Assembly (NCBI GenBank): GCA_963735035.1
Contig: CAVTJJ010000006.1
Coordinates: forward strand, 384,001 to 448,000
Source: an uncultured candidate division Zixibacteria bacterium
GTDB taxonomy: Bacteria > Zixibacteria > MSB-5A5 > GN15 > FEB-12
Direction of reading: 5' to 3'
DNA: 64,000 bases
This document shows positions 32,936 to 42,775 of the stretch, piece after piece. How positions within the stretch are numbered: position 1 is the first letter of the stretch; every line of letters begins with the position of its first letter. The notes under the pieces were generated by a model. It saw only the letters and a program-made list of their open reading frames with translations, searched no databases and was not told where the DNA came from. Position numbers and translations under genes: made by a program.

Positions 32936-33967
32936 CTATCTGACTGCAATCGGTTCGATTTCCTCATCACTGGCCGGTTCCACAGTTAATTCATCGCTGT
33001 GGCCGTCGGAGACACGCCTGGCGATTACCTTGACCGACGGCAGACGACGGGACGACGAATATCGAGCGGTAACAGCGGCGGCCAGACGAAGGTTCTGCTC
33101 TGAGGCTGCTCCTACCAGCACGGTAAGGGGAGAGGCCACGTCAGCGAGCTCAAGACTGTAATGCTGGCTCTTGAGCAAGGAAGTCAGGGTGCGGTTCTCA
33201 GTTTCGTTCCGGCCTACTATGATCTTGGTGGAGTCGTCCAGTCGGAAGTGGCGCCCCGTCTTCAGGAGATTCAGATCGTCGAAAGTCATGTAGTCCGTGT
33301 GCTCCAGAAGGTCACGCAAACGTATTGAGTAGCTGTGATCGGTAAGCAGGCAGCCGCCTGCCGGCGTGGGATAGTCCTCCAAACCCAACTCTTTCGCCAG
33401 TTCAATCTGTCGCTTGCGCGAGCGTCCTTTGATCCCTTCCAGTTGTTCCCGGTCTATCAGACCGTTCAGTTCGGCTTCGGTTGGGGGGAGAAGCTTCGCT
33501 GAGAGCGGTCGGAGCAGCTTACCTTTCACGCCGGCTTCTTTCTCAGTCAGTCTCAGCTTGTCTTTGACCTGGGAGAAAGGCCGCTGACCCATGACTTCGC
33601 CGGTTACTATAAAATCGGCGTTGGTCAGTTCCATGAGCGCTTTGGCTTCGCGCAGCATCAGGATGCGGCAGTCGATGCAGATGTTCATTTCCTTGCCGCG
33701 CCCGAATTTCGGATGAGCCACGATATCAACAAACTTCTGCCCGAGATGCATCAATTTGACATTGAAGCCGAACTTCTCGGCGGCCGGGTACGGATCGGAC
33801 CCGCACGAAGAACGGTCGCCCAGGTCACATCCGAAATGGGTCATGAACGTGATGGCAGTGACCTCGATATTCTGGCGCAGTACCAGAAGTATCGAGAGGG
33901 CGGAGTCAAGCCCGCCCGAGAAAAGTGCTATGGCATGACCCCGTCGGGCGCCACTCTGTTTATCCAT
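32936..33967 (-). CDS. ThiI-like PP-loop tRNA sulfurtransferase family protein (no THUMP domain)
   Basis: SGGLDS PP-loop, NICIDCR, TGEVMGQRP.SQ, PAGGCLLT, GRHFR, VGRN. Confidence 0.8.
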   Translation of the reverse strand: MDKQSGARRGHAIALFSGGLDSALSILLVLRQNIEVTAITFMTHFGCDLGDRSSCGSDPYPAAEKFGFNVKLMHLGQKFVDIVAHPKFGRGKEMNICIDCRILMLREAKALMELTNADFIVTGEVMGQRPFSQVKDKLRLTEKEAGVKGKLLRPLSAKLLPPTEAELNGLIDREQLEGIKGRSRKRQIELAKELGLEDYPTPAGGCLLTDHSYSIRLRDLLEHTDYMTFDDLNLLKTGRHFRLDDSTKIIVGRNETENRTLTSLLKSQHYSLELADVASPLTVLVGAASEQNLRLAAAVTARYSSSRRLPSVKVIARRVSDGHSDELTVEPASDEEIEPIAVR

Positions 33968-34128
33968 TAACCTTACCCATTCTCAATCCAGGACTCCATA
34001 TGCCATTAACGCTGCCCGAAGGCCGAACGTTGGCCTGATTATACCCCTTTTTGCGCGCTGCGCAACGCCCGTTTAGGCTTGACTCCCAGTCGTCAGGCAC
34101 CTAGACTGACCCGCATAACAGAAGGGAT

Positions 34129-34917
34129 ATCGCCATCTTTTACGGCATTGACAACGTCATCAAGCGCTGGGCTTACGAGTGCCAGAACCTCTTTTATTTC
34201 TCGATGAGAATATTGGGGACTCTGGTGCGGCGGCCGTTCTATTTTGCCGAGACGCTGGAGCAGATGTATTCGATCGGCATCGGATCACTGCTTTTGGTGA
34301 CGTTGACGGGAATAATCTCCGGGCAGGCGCTTGCTCTGGCGTTTGCCCAAGAGCTGGCCTTCTTCGGCGCCAAGGACTATCTCGGCAGAATCGTCTGCAT
34401 GGCCATCCTTCGCGAACTGGGTCCGATATTGACCGGACTTATGATCGCCGCCAGGGTGGCGGCCGGCATCACTGCTGAAATCGGCTCCATGAAATCGTCG
34501 AATCAAATCGACGCCATGATAGCTTTCGGTATTGACCCTCTTAAGAAGATAGCCCGCCCCCGTCTTATATCTCTGGTAATTATGGTCCCCGTGTTGACGA
34601 TCATCTGTGACGCCCTCGCCATCACCGGAGGCTGGGTCGTGGGACGGTTCATCGGCCACGTGACCACTACGATGTACTGGTCCCAAGTGATGTTGAAACT
34701 CAATTACGGCAATATCCTGATGGGGTTGTTCAAACCGTTCTGCTTTTCCTTCGTGATTGCCTTTATCTCATGTTACTGCGGGTTCACTTCCGCGGGCGGC
34801 ACCAAGGGGGTCGGCCGGGCTACGACTAATTCGGTGATGTTTACCTCGATCGTGATCCTGATTGTGAACTTCTTCATTACGAAAATCATCGGTAGTCTTA
34901 TGAAGGGGTACTTTTGA
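34129..34917 (+). CDS. mlaE: MlaE family ABC permease (start uncertain; first ATG at 34204)
   Basis: RELGP, AEIGSMK..QIDA, GGTKGVGRATT.SV. Confidence 0.9.
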   Translation: MAIFYGIDNVIKRWAYECQNLFYFSMRILGTLVRRPFYFAETLEQMYSIGIGSLLLVTLTGIISGQALALAFAQELAFFGAKDYLGRIVCMAILRELGPILTGLMIAARVAAGITAEIGSMKSSNQIDAMIAFGIDPLKKIARPRLISLVIMVPVLTIICDALAITGGWVVGRFIGHVTTTMYWSQVMLKLNYGNILMGLFKPFCFSFVIAFISCYCGFTSAGGTKGVGRATTNSVMFTSIVILIVNFFITKIIGSLMKGYF

Positions 34918-35693
34918 TCGAGTTACAGGCCGTAAACTTCTCGTACTGGGACAAACAAGTCCTCAAGAATGTCTCGTTCCGCGTGGATGACGCCGAGATG
35001 GTTGTCATTATGGGTCCGTCCGGGTCCGGCAAATCCACGATTCTGCGTCTGCTCCTCGGCCTGGAAATCCCGCAATCGGGCCGGGTGCTGATAGACGGTC
35101 AAAACATCAGCGCGATGAAGGAGCTTCAGAAGCAGGAAATCAGGAAGCGGATGGGCATGGTCTTTCAGGACGGCGCCCTGTTCGACTCTATGACGGTCGG
35201 TGAAAATGTCGGCTACTACCTGCTGGAACATACCGAGATGACCTGGCCGGACATTTCCCGGAAGGCGCACGAGATGCTCGGGTTTGTGGGCCTTGAGGCC
35301 GACGAGATCGGCGACAAGCTGCCTGAAGAATTGTCGGGCGGAATGCGACGCCGGGTGGCGATCGGTCGCGCGTTGCTTTCGACCAACCCGAAAGTCATGC
35401 TCTACGATGAGCCGACCACTGGTTTGGACCCGCATGCCAGCGAAACGGTCCTGAGGCTCATCTCGAAACTCCATAATGAAAAATCGATTTGTTCCATCGT
35501 TGTCACTCACCAGATAGCGGACGCTCTGGAGCTCGCGGATCGATTCGTGGTAATCGATGACGGCGAAGTCGCTTTCGACGGATCTCTGGAGGAGCTGAGA
35601 ACTTCCACTGATCCGAGAGTCATCGACTTCCTGGAACCTTTCCGGGTATCGTATGGACGGGTGGCGAAGAAACGTTTCGTCGGGTTAGATTAG
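34914..35693 (+). CDS. mlaF: MlaF family ABC ATPase
   Basis: [39 protein letters not shown]. Confidence 0.92.
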   Translation: MIELQAVNFSYWDKQVLKNVSFRVDDAEMVVIMGPSGSGKSTILRLLLGLEIPQSGRVLIDGQNISAMKELQKQEIRKRMGMVFQDGALFDSMTVGENVGYYLLEHTEMTWPDISRKAHEMLGFVGLEADEIGDKLPEELSGGMRRRVAIGRALLSTNPKVMLYDEPTTGLDPHASETVLRLISKLHNEKSICSIVVTHQIADALELADRFVVIDDGEVAFDGSLEELRTSTDPRVIDFLEPFRVSYGRVAKKRFVGLD

Positions 35694-35709
35694 AAAATCA
35701 ACTGAGGAT

Positions 35710-36651
35710 GTGAGTATGCGCAGATCAGCAAAAATAAAATGGGGTACGGTGCCGGTCGGCCTGATTATCATGGGAGCGATCGTCATTCTGATCTATTCCT
35801 CGATGACCGGTGGTGGAACCTCGATATTCCAGCAGAAGGTCAACTTCGTTTGTTACTTCGAGAATGTGAACGGTTTGGTCAGGGGCTCACCCGTCTGGAT
35901 GTCCGGCGTTGAAGTGGGCAACGTGACCGGTTTGGAATTCGACATTGGTGATTCTCTTCGGCAGGTGAAGGTCTACTGCCGGGTTACGAATGAAATCCAT
36001 CGCTTCCTGAATGTTGACACCAGGGTGGCGCTCGGGACGATCGGTTTTCTGGGTGACAAGTATGTCGAAATCTATCCGGGCCTGACTGGAGCCACGCCTA
36101 TAACGTCCGGCGCTGTCATTGTCAGCAAGACTGTCGGCTCGGCCACGAGACTGTTCGAAGCCGGAGAGAACGCCATGAACAACGCCGGCCGCGTGGTGTC
36201 CGGGATCGATACTTTGCTGACCCGTGTCAATCGAGGTGAAGGTTCGCTTGGTCAACTGGCCTCGAACGATACGCTCTACGTGCAGTTGACCGCTTTGCTG
36301 GCCAACCTGACGAAGATAACGGCGTCGCTGCAGAAGAACCAGGAATCGCTTATTGAATCGGTCCGGCACATGTCGCAGTCGGTTGGTGATCTGGCGGTGC
36401 AGGTGAAAGACGACAAGGGCACGTTGGGTAAATTGATTGCCGAACCGGGGCTGTACAACAATCTGAATGCAACTTCGGCCCGGTTGGATTCGATTCTGAC
36501 GAAGATAGATCGATCCGACGGCAGCGCGGGCAGGCTGGTCAACGACACCGGTCTCTATGTCGAGTTGACAAATCTGCTGGCGCGGGCGAATTCGCTGATT
36601 ACGGACATCGAGAAGAACCCGAGGAAGTACTTCAAGTTTAGTGTGTTCTAG
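35710..36651 (+). CDS. mlaD: MlaD/MCE family protein
   Basis: GLVRGSPVWMSGVEVGNV, GFLGDKYVEI, helical C-terminus, NPRKY. Confidence 0.92.
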   Translation: MSMRRSAKIKWGTVPVGLIIMGAIVILIYSSMTGGGTSIFQQKVNFVCYFENVNGLVRGSPVWMSGVEVGNVTGLEFDIGDSLRQVKVYCRVTNEIHRFLNVDTRVALGTIGFLGDKYVEIYPGLTGATPITSGAVIVSKTVGSATRLFEAGENAMNNAGRVVSGIDTLLTRVNRGEGSLGQLASNDTLYVQLTALLANLTKITASLQKNQESLIESVRHMSQSVGDLAVQVKDDKGTLGKLIAEPGLYNNLNATSARLDSILTKIDRSDGSAGRLVNDTGLYVELTNLLARANSLITDIEKNPRKYFKFSVF

Positions 36652-36662
36652 GGGGAGTATAC

Positions 36663-37466
36663 ATGTTCGATAAGTACTTCGTAAGAAAGCACATCGAAGG
36701 TGTTCTCAAAGGGCTGAGGCAAGTCGATCTTAGCAAGTCCGGCGTCGAGGATCTACTTGGGTGGAAGCGGACCGCAGAGGGCGCCGTTCAAGAAGTGTAC
36801 GGGGCAGGCAGTGATCTGCTGGGCCGCTTGCAGAAATTGAACGTGGTGCCATACTGCGGATTGGACGGTTCCGGACATTTGGTGTGGACGGACGATGCGG
36901 CTCGAAAGAAGGGGGAAGATAGGGACGCAATTGAACAGATTGTGCTCGATTTCCAATCATCGGTGAATCAATCTGGACTACCTATCGGTTATCTGGTGCC
37001 TTCCAGAAGGCAGAAGATATCGCTCGTCTTTTCGTTTATAAGCGGTTCGGTTCTGACATTACTGGGTGTATGGTCAGCGTCCTTCATCTCGGCATCATTT
37101 GAATCATTCGATAAGAAGAGCGAGGCGGCCATTCTCTTGACGGACTTTCGGAATTGGTATGAAGCAAATGACGCTGAATATAGACTGCAGCTCGCACAAA
37201 TTACTTCGGATCAGGCTGCCAATGGCGCGTATTTATCGGGCCCAGCGGTAAAGCAGATTATTGACTTCTCCGAATCATTTCGAAGGGCACGCGACAACAC
37301 GATCGACTCTTTCAATGTTAGGCTTCGAGGTTTCGGGGTCAACACTGATACCCTGAATGTAAGAAGGCGTCTTCCAATCAGACTGGATCGAGAGTTGAAG
37401 CCTAGGCTAGATGCTTTACAGCTCGATCAGCAGGGAATTCAGAACCTCCGATTGGACACTTTGTAA
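36663..37466 (+). CDS. hypothetical single-pass membrane protein
   Basis: 267-aa ORF, GGGAG RBS, one central hydrophobic segment; more AT-rich than its neighbours. Confidence 0.65.
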   Translation: MFDKYFVRKHIEGVLKGLRQVDLSKSGVEDLLGWKRTAEGAVQEVYGAGSDLLGRLQKLNVVPYCGLDGSGHLVWTDDAARKKGEDRDAIEQIVLDFQSSVNQSGLPIGYLVPSRRQKISLVFSFISGSVLTLLGVWSASFISASFESFDKKSEAAILLTDFRNWYEANDAEYRLQLAQITSDQAANGAYLSGPAVKQIIDFSESFRRARDNTIDSFNVRLRGFGVNTDTLNVRRRLPIRLDRELKPRLDALQLDQQGIQNLRLDTL

Positions 37467-37485
37467 GCTTTGTAAGTCGAAACCG

Positions 37486-37742
37486 GTACCCCACCCAACG
37501 GGTGGGATTTGAGGCGGAGTGCCTTGCCCCGTCATGCCCGACTTGGTCGGGCACCCATGACCACTCGCGGTTGAATCAGATGAAGTGCTTACATGAGGGT
37601 CAGTCGCTGAATTGGATTCCCAAGAATGGGGGGCTCGCAGACGGACTCGCCTTACAAGGACAGGCGGAAATCAGTTCTCTTGATCACATCTCTTTGCTTT
37701 CCGGCGCGACAGCCCATAGACCCCCGACGCCTCGGGGGTGAC
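37486..37742. repeat. REP-like palindrome cluster
   Basis: CCCACCC-aac-GGGTGGG; GTCATGCCCGAC-ttg-GTCGGGCA; ACCCCCGA-cgcc-TCGGGGGTGAC. Confidence 0.6.
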
Positions 37743-37863
37743 GGCCTATCGGCCGTCTTTCTTTGGATGTCGAACATGTCCTTGCGAAAATCCTATCCGT
37801 TGGGTGGGGTGCCGGAGAGTATTTCTCTTTGCGGACGATATTGTTCGCCCTGCTTGTCGCACC

Positions 37864-38598
37864 CTACTTCGCCGAATCACCACCCGCATTTATTATAATC
37901 TCGGTTTTCGGGCGTTGGGTGAGCGAATCGGGGTTGATGCCTATCTGCTTGAGATATTCATAAATAGGCGGAAGGCCGACCTCGGCCCGACGCAGATCCA
38001 CCCCGGATGAATCTTCGATTGGGTATAGCCCGAGTTTCCCGGTGGAGGGATCGTTCCACAACTGGGTGCCGTATTTCTGAGGTTTATCGCGACGCATCAG
38101 GATACGGTCCTGAAGCATCGCCAGGTGGGCGCGTTCGATTTCCCCCTTGGCCGCAGCAGCTTCAACCATCGGGAGGTACTTCTCCTGGATCTCTATCGAG
38201 CTGTGCTGAAGCACAATGAATGCGGCCATGGCCGCCTGATTCCCGACCAGTGACTTCCCGGGCCAGCCATTCTTGGCGATGATCTCTTCAAGCTGGGCCG
38301 TGTTGACGCTATCAAGAAGATTGGCGTCGCGACTGGCCGTCTGGCCTTCGGGCGAGCGCCAGCCCTTCTCGTTGATAATCGAGTCGAACCGATCACGCGA
38401 TTGCTGTTCCTGGTCCGCCATCATTATGAGCTGACGGATCAGTGCACCTTGTATCTGCTCCGGCGTCTTGGGTGGTTCGCTCTGCTTCTTGTCGGAGCAA
38501 GAGAGGAAGGCAGAGCCGACTCCAAAGAGGAGCAAGCTCAGGAGCAGGAGAGTCGGACGACAGAAGGAAGACGGATGGGAATTCATTGCGATATTCAT
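37864..38598 (-). CDS. putative lipoprotein, DUF6624-like
   Basis: Lipobox-like FLSC; DQ-like/N..LEEII..NGWPG, QHS, AMLQDR..Q.YGTQ, VD.RRA.VGL. Confidence 0.75.
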   Translation of the reverse strand: MNIAMNSHPSSFCRPTLLLLSLLLFGVGSAFLSCSDKKQSEPPKTPEQIQGALIRQLIMMADQEQQSRDRFDSIINEKGWRSPEGQTASRDANLLDSVNTAQLEEIIAKNGWPGKSLVGNQAAMAAFIVLQHSSIEIQEKYLPMVEAAAAKGEIERAHLAMLQDRILMRRDKPQKYGTQLWNDPSTGKLGLYPIEDSSGVDLRRAEVGLPPIYEYLKQIGINPDSLTQRPKTEIIINAGGDSAK

Positions 38599-38625
38599 TT
38601 TCGGGTCCTTAAAGTGGTCTCTTAG

Positions 38626-38760
38626 TAAGTCACCCTGTGCTAAGCCTGCGCTGAGCTTGCAGAAGGGTGGTTGACTTCGTTGCCAGTCATGCTTCGACAG
38701 GCTCAGCATGACTAGTCCTTAATCTTCATTCGTCGGCAGATGTGGGCATCTGCCGGGCAC
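38626..38760. repeat. REP-like mosaic
   Basis: TAAGTCACCCTG...GAAGGGTGG (near copy at 47337-47381); GTCATGCT..AGCATGAC; GGCAGATG-tggg-CATCTGCC (shared with the 128-bp array). Confidence 0.7.
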
Positions 38761-38817
38761 GCCTACTTTCGGGAACTCCAAGAATCTTCATTGCAATTCC
38801 GACGTCACACTATACCC

Positions 38818-41098
38818 TCACACCGGCAGCACGGCCAGCATAAATTCCAGCAACTTCACTACGCCGATCTTGCCGCCGTCGCCGACTTCCAAAGGTGGCC
38901 CTACACACGACGGACACCCGTCCGAGCAGGGGCAGTGCGTCACATGGTGCAGGCTGGCTTCAAATAGTTGCTCCGATTCCGAATACAATTTCTCGGCGAG
39001 ACCGACTCCGCCCGGAATGTTCTCGTAAACATAAACAGTCGGTTGCTCGGTGAATGGCGCCCGGACCTGCGAAATCGACCGCAGGTCGCGCGCGTCGCAC
39101 ATCACCCAGAGCGGCGCAATCTTGCCCAAAATATTGGCCAGGCCGCGCAACGAGCCGCCGAATTGTGACCGCTGGAGCTTCAGGCGTTCCGGTATGTCGC
39201 CGGGGAAGGAATACCAGAAGGCGGTCGTGTGCATCTCCATCTCCGGCATTTTCAGATCGCCCGAGCCGATGTTCTCGTGGGTCTCGAACTTGATCTTTTT
39301 GAACATTACCGTCGTGCTAGTTAGGGAGACTTCGCCCACATAGCGGCGCGAGTCATCGAGAGTACGTTCTTCGTTGAAGATGTCCAGCACCTTGAGGTCG
39401 GTCTTGGTCTCGGCGTCGGTGTAGTAGTCGACCTTGACCTCTTTCACATACGCCTTGCGTCCTTCCCAGTCGAGATTGGTGACCTGGTACTGTTCGGCGC
39501 GGTGGAGATAGATCGCTTCGGGGTGAAGGAAGATCGGGGCGGAGAAATAGTCAACTTCGCCGATGACCTCGCAGTTTTTCGTTTCGTTCAGAATGACAAA
39601 ATTCTCCGGCGACGCTGACCGGAGCGAGACCTGTTGGGCCGGGTAAATTTCCGACGACCAATGATACCGCCCGGCGCTATGGCGCAGAATCTTCTCGCCC
39701 GCCAGGTAATCGAGAATCTTCCCGGTGTTGATGTCATCCAGGTACTCGTCTTCGTCGAATGGAAGTTCAAACGCCGCGCACTTGAGATGATTGGTCTTTA
39801 TGATCAGGTTGTCGGGATCGATAATTCCCGACTCCGGTGTGCGATCGGTGATGTATTTCGGTTCGGTGCAGAGGAATTGGTTGATGGCCGATGAATTCGC
39901 GACCAGAATCGTTAGCGACACCCCGGAACGCCGTCCAGCCCGCCCGGCCTGTTGCCAGAGCGAGGCGATTGAACCGGGATAGCCGACAATCACCGAAACA
40001 TCGAGCGAACCAATATCGATGCCGAGTTCCAGAGCGTTAGTCGATACAACTCCGGTGATTTCACCGGTTCGAAGGCCGTGCTCGATACGACGTCGCTCGT
40101 TCGGAAGGTACCCGCCCCGATATCCGGTGATATTGATTCCTGAGCCGAAATCACCCTTCAGCTCGCGCTGTAGATAGGTCAGCAGTATCTCTACGTAGAG
40201 TCGATAATGTGCGAACACAATGGTCTGCACTTTATGGCGAAGAATCAGCGCCGCGAGGTGGGCGGCTTCGTTGATCGAAGAACGCCGGATGCCCAGTTCG
40301 CGGTTGATCACCGGCGGATTATAGATAACGAAATGTTTCTCACCCGATGGCGCCCCGTTGTTGTCGACCAATGTCACCGGTCTGCCAATGATGCGTGACG
40401 CCAGATCGTCGGGATTGGCGATCGTGGCCGAACAACAGATAAACTGCGGATTCGAGCCGTAGAATTTACAGATCCGGGCCAAACGCTTTATCACATTGGC
40501 CAGGTGCGAGCCGAACACGCCACGGTACTGGTGGATTTCATCGATGACCACATACCGAAGATTCTCGAATAACTTAATCCACTTGGTATGGTGTGGGCAG
40601 AATTCCGGCGTGGAGCATGTCGGGGTTGCTGACCACTATGTGTCCGGCCGAGCGAATCAGGCGTCGGGCGGTCTGAGGTGTGTCGCCGTCGAAAGTGTAA
40701 GTCTTGATGTCAACTTCGAGCTCGGTGATCAGATCGTGAAGTTCGGAAAGCTGATCCTGGGAGAGCGCCTTGGTGGGGAAGAGGTAAAGCGCTCGGGCGT
40801 TTGAGTCGTTCAAAACCGTGTGAATTACCGGCAAGTTGTAGCAAAGCGTCTTGCCAGATGCGGTGGGGGTGACCACGACTACATCGCGGCCCTGTAATAC
40901 TTCTTCCACCGCCTTGGCTTGATGGGTGTATAGCTGCTCGATGCCCCGCTTTCTCAAACCGGCCACTAAGCGTCGATCTATATCTTCCGGGAAATCAACC
41001 AGTCGCGCCGCTTTGGGTGGGAAAGTCTTCCAGTGCGCAATGTTCCCCTTGATCTCGGGTGAGTCCCTCAGAAAATCAATGATTTGTTCGAGTGTCAT
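38818..41098 (-). CDS. DEAD/DEAH helicase with DUF1998 (Hrq1/MrfA/YprA-like); one frameshift near 40595
   Basis: TASGKT, PTKALSQDQ, DEIH, SAT, NALELGID, QAGRAGR, C-terminal CPCSDGCPSC. Confidence 0.92.
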
Positions 41099-41140
41099 GC
41101 TGCCCTGCCGAAGTGTCGCCGGGGTAGGAGTGTTTCGTGA

Positions 41141-41683
41141 TCAGACCATGCCGGTAAGCTGCCGCTTACAAACGTCGCAAAATTTCTCCGACTTGGAATC
41201 AATGTCCAGCATCTCCTGGCTGAAATAGTTCACACATCTCGGGTTGCGACACTCGGTCAGGTCAAACAGATGGCTGAGCTGGTGTACGGCTTCTTTGTAC
41301 AGCCGAGGATACACTTTGCGTTCGTCTTCGGGAAGTCCATAGAACTCCTGCCGGATATAGTAAAGCGACACCACCGCCGTCCCGGACAGGCGGTCGCTCC
41401 AGCCCATCACGTACGTTTCGTCGGGTACATACAGGTCTTCTTCGCAGACGGCAATCACTTTCTCGCGGCTGTTGGCTTTGGTTCGCTCCAGTTTGGCCAG
41501 GACGACCTGTGCATAGTACTGACTGCGGGCGACGTTGTAGGCTTCCGGAGGGATTTTCATGCCCTTGAGGATATCGACCGAGCGGTTGAAAACCGGCCCG
41601 ATAGCCGAGGCCAGACGGTTGACCACCATGTAATCAACGTCTCCCAACGGAACGACGACTATTTTGGATCTAAGCAGTACCAC
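41141..41683 (-). CDS. archaemetzincin (M54)-like protein with degenerate active site
   Basis: AYN..RSQY, DLY, KEAVHQLSHLFDLTEC.NPRCV, D.KS..FC..C. Confidence 0.85.
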   Translation of the reverse strand: MVLLRSKIVVVPLGDVDYMVVNRLASAIGPVFNRSVDILKGMKIPPEAYNVARSQYYAQVVLAKLERTKANSREKVIAVCEEDLYVPDETYVMGWSDRLSGTAVVSLYYIRQEFYGLPEDERKVYPRLYKEAVHQLSHLFDLTECRNPRCVNYFSQEMLDIDSKSEKFCDVCKRQLTGMV

Positions 41684-41698
41684 AGCCTCACCCCGGGA

Positions 41699-41890
41699 CT
41701 ATTCCGCCGTGAAAAAGCGCGACTTGCTGCCGTCGGGGGAGACGGCCACTTCCGCCTTAACCGCACAACGGGGGCACCAGCCTACGAAGGCGGTCCCGTC
41801 CCGGTTCAAGTAAATGCGGCTGTACTGGTTGCAACACTTGAAATGCATTCCGATAAACGGCCGTTTGGGCTCGGTCTTTTCTTCCACCAT
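41699..41890 (-). CDS. small Cys-rich (putative Zn-ribbon) protein
   Basis: 63 aa; HFKCC..Y.RIY.N...G.CPRC; collinear with the flanking genes. Confidence 0.7.
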   Translation of the reverse strand: MVEEKTEPKRPFIGMHFKCCNQYSRIYLNRDGTAFVGWCPRCAVKAEVAVSPDGSKSRFFTAE

Positions 41891-41962
41891 ACACTACTAA
41901 TATAGCTCGGCAGCCCGATAAGTTCAAATCATTTTGGCCTTGAAGGGAAAGCCCGGAGAACT

Positions 41963-42652
41963 CTAGTCACTGTGATTGGGGGTGTCGTCAGCGGATGTTA
42001 TCATGGCTTCAAGTATCTTCACCGACGCGGAGCATCCTATGCGAGTAGCTCCCGCTTCGATCATATCACAGCATTGCTGTGGGGTGCGAATCCCACCCGC
42101 CGCTTTGACCTGTATGAGGCCGTTCGCCGCCTCGACAAGAGTCCGCACCTGGTCGACTGTTACGTCGCCGGAGAAACCGGTTCCGGTTTTGACAAACTGG
42201 GCACCGCCGTTGATGACCGTGCGGACAGCATCGATTTGGTGCTGGCGGCTTAGAAGAGGTGCTTCGATTATGACTTTCAATACTGTTCCGACCGGCAGCG
42301 TTCGCCGCACCTGGCTGATCTCGCTTTCGACCTTATCGTACTCGCCGCCTGTCAGCCAGCCAATATTTGCCACCAGGTCAATTTCGGAAGCCCCGTCAAT
42401 AGCGCCGCGCACCGCCTCGACAATCTTGGTTTCGGTCCTCGAAGCCCCCAGAGGAAATCCGGCCACCGTTACGAGACGGACGGAGCTTTCCTTGATCTCT
42501 TCTGCGGCTGCGATCACATTCGCCGGGTTCACGACGACAGCGCCGAAGTTGTACTGCAATGCTTCTCGGCAGACGCGACGGATATCTGTCTCAGTAGCTT
42601 CGGGGCGAAGGATGGTATGTTCGATGTACGCGGCCAACTGTTCAGGAGTCAT
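41963..42652 (-). CDS. deoC: deoxyribose-phosphate aldolase
   Basis: EHTIL, GFPLGA, EIDLV, LKVIIE, FVKTGTGF, KAAGGIR, GATRIG. Confidence 0.94.
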   Translation of the reverse strand: MTPEQLAAYIEHTILRPEATETDIRRVCREALQYNFGAVVVNPANVIAAAEEIKESSVRLVTVAGFPLGASRTETKIVEAVRGAIDGASEIDLVANIGWLTGGEYDKVESEISQVRRTLPVGTVLKVIIEAPLLSRQHQIDAVRTVINGGAQFVKTGTGFSGDVTVDQVRTLVEAANGLIQVKAAGGIRTPQQCCDMIEAGATRIGCSASVKILEAMITSADDTPNHSD

Positions 42653-42718
42653 GGTCAATTCTTATGTTGAGCAGTTATCTATCTGGAAATGATCGCTTCT
42701 TGCTTCGCAATTTCCCAC

Positions 42719-42750
42719 AAAAAAGCCCCCGGCTCAAGAGAACCGGGGGC
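42719..42750 (-). terminator. intrinsic terminator
   Basis: GCCCCCGG...CCGGGGGC followed by six T on the minus strand. Confidence 0.8.
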
Positions 42751-42775
42751 AGAATTGATTTAGTCTGTCGGCGGC

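Noticed and set aside
38818..41098. DISARM/Druantia-type defence helicase
   Set aside because: It has the standalone Hrq1/MrfA architecture with host-like codon usage and no adjacent defence partners
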